Source: an uncultured Parcubacteria group bacterium (GTDB taxonomy: Bacteria > Patescibacteriota > Patescibacteriia > UBA9934 > CAMTUG01). From it: DNA of 64,000 nt. The stretch covers positions 276,206-340,205 of the forward strand of contig CAMTUG010000001.1 in assembly GCA_947084965.1 (NCBI GenBank), written 5' to 3'. A model generated the notes under the pieces. The model had not been told where the DNA came from. It ran no database searches and saw only the letters and a program-made list of their open reading frames with translations. Within the stretch, counting starts at the first letter, position 1; every line of letters begins with the position of its first letter. This document shows, piece by piece, positions 59,941 through 64,000 of this stretch. Both the position numbers and the translations under genes were made by a program.

Positions 59941-60360
59941 ATGGACACACCCATCACTCTCTTCACAAAATTTCTTAATCGCGTCGGCGAGACGTCGGGT
60001 CAGCTTCTCTATCTTTCCTGCGGGGATGAACCGGCAATGAAGGAGCTTGCGGAAAAGGGGTATGACGTCGAAGCGTTCTGCCCGACCGTCACCGATGCGT
60101 GGCCGCAAAAAGATGACACCTACCATCTCGCGGTCGACACGTCGTTCTTCAAAAATCTTACGGATCCAGAAGAACGCGCTTACTGGCGCCGTGAGTTAAC
60201 CCGCGTTCTTCGAGAAGATTCTCTCGCTCTGGTTGTTCTTGGTGACATGATTGATCTCGATGATGCGGAAGCATTACTTGCTCCAGAGTTTAAAGTCGTC
60301 AACTACGATGGCCCGGCGTTCATCTTCAAAAAAGACGCGATCACCGTTTCTCAGGAGTAA
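59941..60360 (+). CDS. Small hypothetical protein, weakly methyltransferase-like
   Basis: 139 aa from ATG 59941. The track start at 59911 lies in the hairpin loop. 'LLYLSCGDE' weakly resembles SAM motif I. Confidence 0.5.
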   Translation: MDTPITLFTKFLNRVGETSGQLLYLSCGDEPAMKELAEKGYDVEAFCPTVTDAWPQKDDTYHLAVDTSFFKNLTDPEERAYWRRELTRVLREDSLALVVLGDMIDLDDAEALLAPEFKVVNYDGPAFIFKKDAITVSQE

Positions 60361-60362
60361 GT

Positions 60363-60794
60363 ATGGCAGACGAAACGATGCAGTTCGGTGAACCAAAAGG
60401 AGAGTACCCGACGCGGCGAAGCGCCTACGCGGTCGTGATCGATGACCGTAAGATTCTCTGCCTTTTGGTGCGCGGAAAGTACCATCTTCCAGGCGGGGGG
60501 ATTGATGAAAACGAAGATGCCGAGGAAGCGCTCAAACGCGAGATGCGGGAAGAGACGGGTTATCAGGTCATGGCACTGACAGAGATTGGTAAGGCGAATC
60601 AGTTTTTCGAAATGACAAAAGAAGGCCATCCACTCAACAAACTTGGTACGTTCTATACAGCGACCGTTGATCTTACGCACGTCGGACAAGGTCAGGAGGC
60701 AGATCATGAGCCGTGCTGGATTCCCGTTGATGCCTTTCTCAACTCGACCGCGGGCGACTTTCAGAAGTGGGCGGTTAAACAAGCGATGCTATGA
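60363..60794 (+). CDS. NUDIX hydrolase
   Basis: NUDIX box 'GGGIDENEDAEEALKREMREETG'. Confidence 0.85.
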   Translation: MADETMQFGEPKGEYPTRRSAYAVVIDDRKILCLLVRGKYHLPGGGIDENEDAEEALKREMREETGYQVMALTEIGKANQFFEMTKEGHPLNKLGTFYTATVDLTHVGQGQEADHEPCWIPVDAFLNSTAGDFQKWAVKQAML

Positions 60795-61348
60795 AGCTCC
60801 CAGAATCAGCGGTGCGGGTGTTCAAAGGAGTTATCTTTGATGTCTATCAATGGCCGCAGAAGATGTTTGATGGAAGCACGGAAACGTTTGAGATGTTGAA
60901 GCGCCCGAGTACGGTCACCGTTCTGGCGACGCATGGAGAATCGATCATCGTTCACGAAGAAGAGCAGCCAGGGAAGCCGCCGTTTGTGACAATCCCTGGC
61001 GGACGGCGCGAGGAAGGGGAAGATCCGCTGGCTACAGCAAAGCGCGAGTTGCTCGAGGAGTCGGGGATGGAGTCAGACGATTGGGAAGAATTGCGTGTCT
61101 ACTCACCGGCGACGAAGATCGATTGGGAGATCTATGTTTTTGTTGCGCGTAACTGTCGTAAGGTGGCGGACCAGATGCTCGACGTTGGAGAGAAGATTCG
61201 TGTGCGCGAAGTAAGCTGGGAAGAGTTCTTGCAGATCGCTTGCGGAGAGCGGTTCTCGGAGACCGAGCTGGGCGCAGAGATCATGCGTCTGCGATTAGAT
61301 CCTGATCAGAGTAAGATGGACGCGTTCCGCAAAAAGATTTTTAGATAG
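60791..61348 (+). CDS. NUDIX hydrolase (ADP-ribose pyrophosphatase-like)
   Basis: NUDIX box 'GGRREEGEDPLATAKRELLEESG'. ATGA overlap with the preceding NUDIX gene. Confidence 0.85.
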   Translation: MKLPESAVRVFKGVIFDVYQWPQKMFDGSTETFEMLKRPSTVTVLATHGESIIVHEEEQPGKPPFVTIPGGRREEGEDPLATAKRELLEESGMESDDWEELRVYSPATKIDWEIYVFVARNCRKVADQMLDVGEKIRVREVSWEEFLQIACGERFSETELGAEIMRLRLDPDQSKMDAFRKKIFR

Positions 61349-61349
61349 T

Positions 61350-62216
61350 ATGACGATCAAAGAAAACGAAGTGATGAGCAAACACACAACGTTCCGTATT
61401 GGCGGACCGGCGAGGTTGTATGTTGAGGTGGCGAACGTTGATGAGTTAAAGCAAGCGATCGCGTTAGCTGACGAAAAACAACTTCCATGGTTTGTACTCG
61501 GTGGCGGGAGCAACACCCTCGTGGCAGACAAAGGTTACGACGGCGTAGTGATCGCGATGGCCAATCGTGACGTGTCGATTGATGGTGATCGTGTGACGGC
61601 TGGTGCCGGAGCGATTTCGGTCGCTGTGGCGCGTGCCGCTGGTGGTGCAGATCTCGCAGGGATTGAATGGATGGTCTCTTTGCCAGGAACGATCGGCGGC
61701 GCGGTGCGCGGAAATGCTGGATGTTTTGGTGGGGAGATGCAGCAGGTCGTAGAGACAGTCCGCGTGTTTCGTAATGGGGAAGTTGTCGAGGTGTCTAACA
61801 GTGACTGTCAGTTTGGCTATCGCGAATCGATCTTTAAGCATAATGGCGACGTGGTGATCGATGTGACACTGAAACTTGCGAAGGGTGATCCTGCGGCGAT
61901 CAAAGCCAAGATGGACGAAGTGCTCAGCAAGCGTAAATCGACACAACCTACGGCGAGTGGCACAGCCGGATGCGCCTTCAAAAATCCTCTTGTCGACGGT
62001 AAATTGCAATCGTGTGGAAAAATTATCGACAACCTTGGTCTGAAAGGAACACAGATCGGCGGGATCAGTATTAGCGATGTGCACGGCAATTTTTTGATCA
62101 ACGACGGCACCGCCACGGCCGACCAAGTGCTTCAGCTCGTGAGCCTTATCAAAATGCGCGCTCGCGACGAACTTGGTGTACACTTACAAGAAGAGATTCA
62201 ATATCTAGGATTTTAG
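61350..62216 (+). CDS. murB: UDP-N-acetylenolpyruvoylglucosamine reductase MurB
   Basis: 'HTTFRIGGPA', 'VLGGGSN' and 'GCAFKNP'. Confidence 0.9.
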   Translation: MTIKENEVMSKHTTFRIGGPARLYVEVANVDELKQAIALADEKQLPWFVLGGGSNTLVADKGYDGVVIAMANRDVSIDGDRVTAGAGAISVAVARAAGGADLAGIEWMVSLPGTIGGAVRGNAGCFGGEMQQVVETVRVFRNGEVVEVSNSDCQFGYRESIFKHNGDVVIDVTLKLAKGDPAAIKAKMDEVLSKRKSTQPTASGTAGCAFKNPLVDGKLQSCGKIIDNLGLKGTQIGGISISDVHGNFLINDGTATADQVLQLVSLIKMRARDELGVHLQEEIQYLGF

Positions 62217-62218
62217 CT

Positions 62219-63334
62219 ATGGAGCGCAGCGGCGAATTTCATACAGGGCAAGCAGATGAAGAACGTCGCCAGGCCGTTGGTGAACATCTTCGCGTGCTTC
62301 ACGAACATCCGATGATCAAAAAGTATCAACCGACCTTGTTGGGCGAAGGGATGCACCACGCCGTCTTTACAGTAGAAAATCAAAAAGGACTTCCTCGGAA
62401 CGTGGTAGCCAAAGTGCGTCGTTGGCACGCCATCAGGTCGATTGAAGAAGCCGGTAATGAAGATTTCCCCAAGGTACTTCAGGAAACGTTAGAACGAGAG
62501 AAAGAAAGCGTTCGTGTGTTTAAAGAGTACTTCGGTCGGGCGGCCCTTGCGGAAAAAGTAATGATACAGAACGTTCCGGTAACGGCAGAGCTTCTTCGGA
62601 CCGCTTCTCCGGAGGACGAGCCGATGGGACGCATCCCTGCCGGAGTGCATGAAGCAGCGACCTTGGTCACCATTCAGGAAAAGGCTCCCGCAGAAGCGTT
62701 TGGTGCCGAATCGATTGGAGTACAAACATTTTATTTGGAAGACCATCCGTATATCATTGATGGCACGGCCTTGGATGATTATCAGACGTTGAATCGTGCG
62801 TTTATCGATAATGTCCCACAGAATGATCCGGCGTTCGCTAGTTCACTTACCCCCGAGGAAGGGGACGCGGCGACGTTGTTTGAACAGATCGACCGTGAAC
62901 CGAAGTTGCGCGAGGCCCTGAGCGAAGTGGTGCGCAATGCTATTCAGTACAGCGCGGAAACAGGTGAGTATCTTGATTTTGTCGGCGATAATAATATTCG
63001 GGTGTATCCGGAGCAAAAAGATGGGGAGAAGCAGTGGAGGGTCGTGTTGATCGATGCACGCGTGTCAGGGAACGTTTTTGGAGAGGGGCGCGCAGCCCTC
63101 AAGAAAATGCTCAATCAGGAACCGCTTAGCGATCGGGAAATTGCGAAAGCCGAAATGGCGATGACGTACACCCGTTTTGTGAATGCTTTGGCGAGCCGAT
63201 TGGGGATGAGCGAACGTCTTACGATCAGCGATCGGCCGGTTGCTGAGCAAGGAGCGTTTTTGATGGGTTACTTCAATATGCTGCGAGAGCATCAGGAGGA
63301 AATGTTGAAAGAGGCCACCGCGCAAGGTGGGTAA
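62219..63334 (+). CDS. Hypothetical protein with protein-kinase-like fold signatures
   Basis: 'LGEGMHHAVF..VVAKV' resembles a Gly-rich loop plus Lys. 'DFVGDNNIRV' and 'LIDAR' resemble a catalytic loop and Mg loop. Tentative. Confidence 0.5.
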   Translation: MERSGEFHTGQADEERRQAVGEHLRVLHEHPMIKKYQPTLLGEGMHHAVFTVENQKGLPRNVVAKVRRWHAIRSIEEAGNEDFPKVLQETLEREKESVRVFKEYFGRAALAEKVMIQNVPVTAELLRTASPEDEPMGRIPAGVHEAATLVTIQEKAPAEAFGAESIGVQTFYLEDHPYIIDGTALDDYQTLNRAFIDNVPQNDPAFASSLTPEEGDAATLFEQIDREPKLREALSEVVRNAIQYSAETGEYLDFVGDNNIRVYPEQKDGEKQWRVVLIDARVSGNVFGEGRAALKKMLNQEPLSDREIAKAEMAMTYTRFVNALASRLGMSERLTISDRPVAEQGAFLMGYFNMLREHQEEMLKEATAQGG

Positions 63335-63361
63335 GGAGATTATTCTTAGGGGTACATCATT

Positions 63362-64000
63362 ATGCAACGCCTGTTCACCGTTCTCTGTATCTGCACGCCG
63401 CTCATGCTTGGTGGATTTGGATGTGAAACAGCGATCGAATCATCGAAGACGTTGACTTCAGATTTTGTGCCGCCAACCGGGAAGGCGAGCAACCCGCCGC
63501 CCGCCAGCGCGGGGGAACGTCGATTGCTCACAGCAACATCGACAGACGGTATGACATTTACTCCCACCGGCGAAGTTTTTACAGATCAGGCTAACGTTTC
63601 TGACATGGTCGTGGCGGATGATGGCACAATCTACGTTTATTACATTGGGCAAGGGGTCGGAATTGAACCGGAATGGACCGTTGTCGCTATCTCGACTGAC
63701 AACGGCGCAACTTGGGTGTACAAACATCTCGTTTTGGAAGATTGGCCATCACAACGTGCCCCGAGCGATCCGGATGTCGTTTTGCTCGAAGATGGCACGT
63801 TCCGTATGTACTACACCGGGGAAGTGAATCCGCGCCCCGACAATCAACTCGGCATCAATTACGGCACCTCAACCGACGGCATTCACTTTACGTACGGCGG
63901 CACAGCGCTCAAAATGGATTTCACCGTCATTGATTCAACAACGTTCTATTTTAATGGGATGTGGCACATGTACGTTCTCGACGAAAAACAGCCGCGGCAA
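63362..64000 (+). CDS. Lipoprotein-like BNR/Asp-box repeat protein, 3'-truncated by the window edge (not in the ORF track)
   Basis: ATG 63362 opens a frame with no stop through base 64000 (213 codons). 'MQRLFTVLCICTPLMLGGFGC' is a signal with a Cys. Asp-box-like repeats 'TSTDGMTF', 'ISTDNGATW' and 'TSTDGIHF'. Confidence 0.65.
   Translation, partial: MQRLFTVLCICTPLMLGGFGCETAIESSKTLTSDFVPPTGKASNPPPASAGERRLLTATSTDGMTFTPTGEVFTDQANVSDMVVADDGTIYVYYIGQGVGIEPEWTVVAISTDNGATWVYKHLVLEDWPSQRAPSDPDVVLLEDGTFRMYYTGEVNPRPDNQLGINYGTSTDGIHFTYGGTALKMDFTVIDSTTFYFNGMWHMYVLDEKQPRQ

Noticed and set aside
1-64000. I looked for prophage, IS, transposase, integrase, restriction-modification, toxin-antitoxin or known defence-system genes, and for CRISPR arrays and rRNA.
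   Set aside because: None was recognisable by motif in any frame. The tRNA-fragment duplications hint at past integration, but no recombinase gene is present in this window.

Overview
This 64-kb window comes from a compact, gene-dense bacterial genome. Its gene content looks like a small-genome Gram-positive-type or CPR/Patescibacteria-like organism; that lineage call is inference from gene content only. All function calls rest on motifs I recognise by eye, because no searches could be run.

I support about 75 protein genes, many with 4-bp start/stop overlaps.
- Cell wall and division: ftsW (5' partial), murG, uppS, murD, murE, an FtsB-like gene, ftsE, ftsX, a MurF-like ligase, a FemX-like transferase, mraZ-rsmH-ftsL-like, a WecA/MraY-family transferase, murC and murB.
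- Repair and replication: uvrB, uvrA, uvrC, recR, ybaB and dnaB.
- Other housekeeping: folD, glyA, tgt, dus, rplU, mscL and a ClpC-like ATPase.
- RNA genes: four tRNAs (Lys-UUU, Gly-CCC, Thr-CGU, Gln-UUG).
- Not seen: rRNA, CRISPR arrays, transposases, integrases or recognisable defence genes.

Observations worth a second look:
1. At least seven dispersed loci carry GC3-rich, Shine-Dalgarno-led, self-terminated small gene cassettes. They sit between housekeeping genes that mostly lack an SD. Their products are orphans to me: a tandem ClpX-type zinc-finger protein plus an MFS pump, a zinc-ribbon protein next to a RimK-type ATP-grasp ligase, a membrane-anchored protein, two soluble orphans and tiny peptides.
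2. Duplicated tRNA 3'-end fragments look like integration scars.
3. A promoter-to-terminator non-coding unit at 39.6-39.9 kb contains a tRNA-like domain with a G3:U70 acceptor stem.
4. Three families of long intergenic hairpins fill gene junctions.
5. A six-gene, translationally coupled envelope operon runs MurF-like, hydrolase, DegT, FemX-like, membrane protein, C39-like.

I cannot show that the dispersed cassettes act together as one system. That is a hypothesis, not a result.
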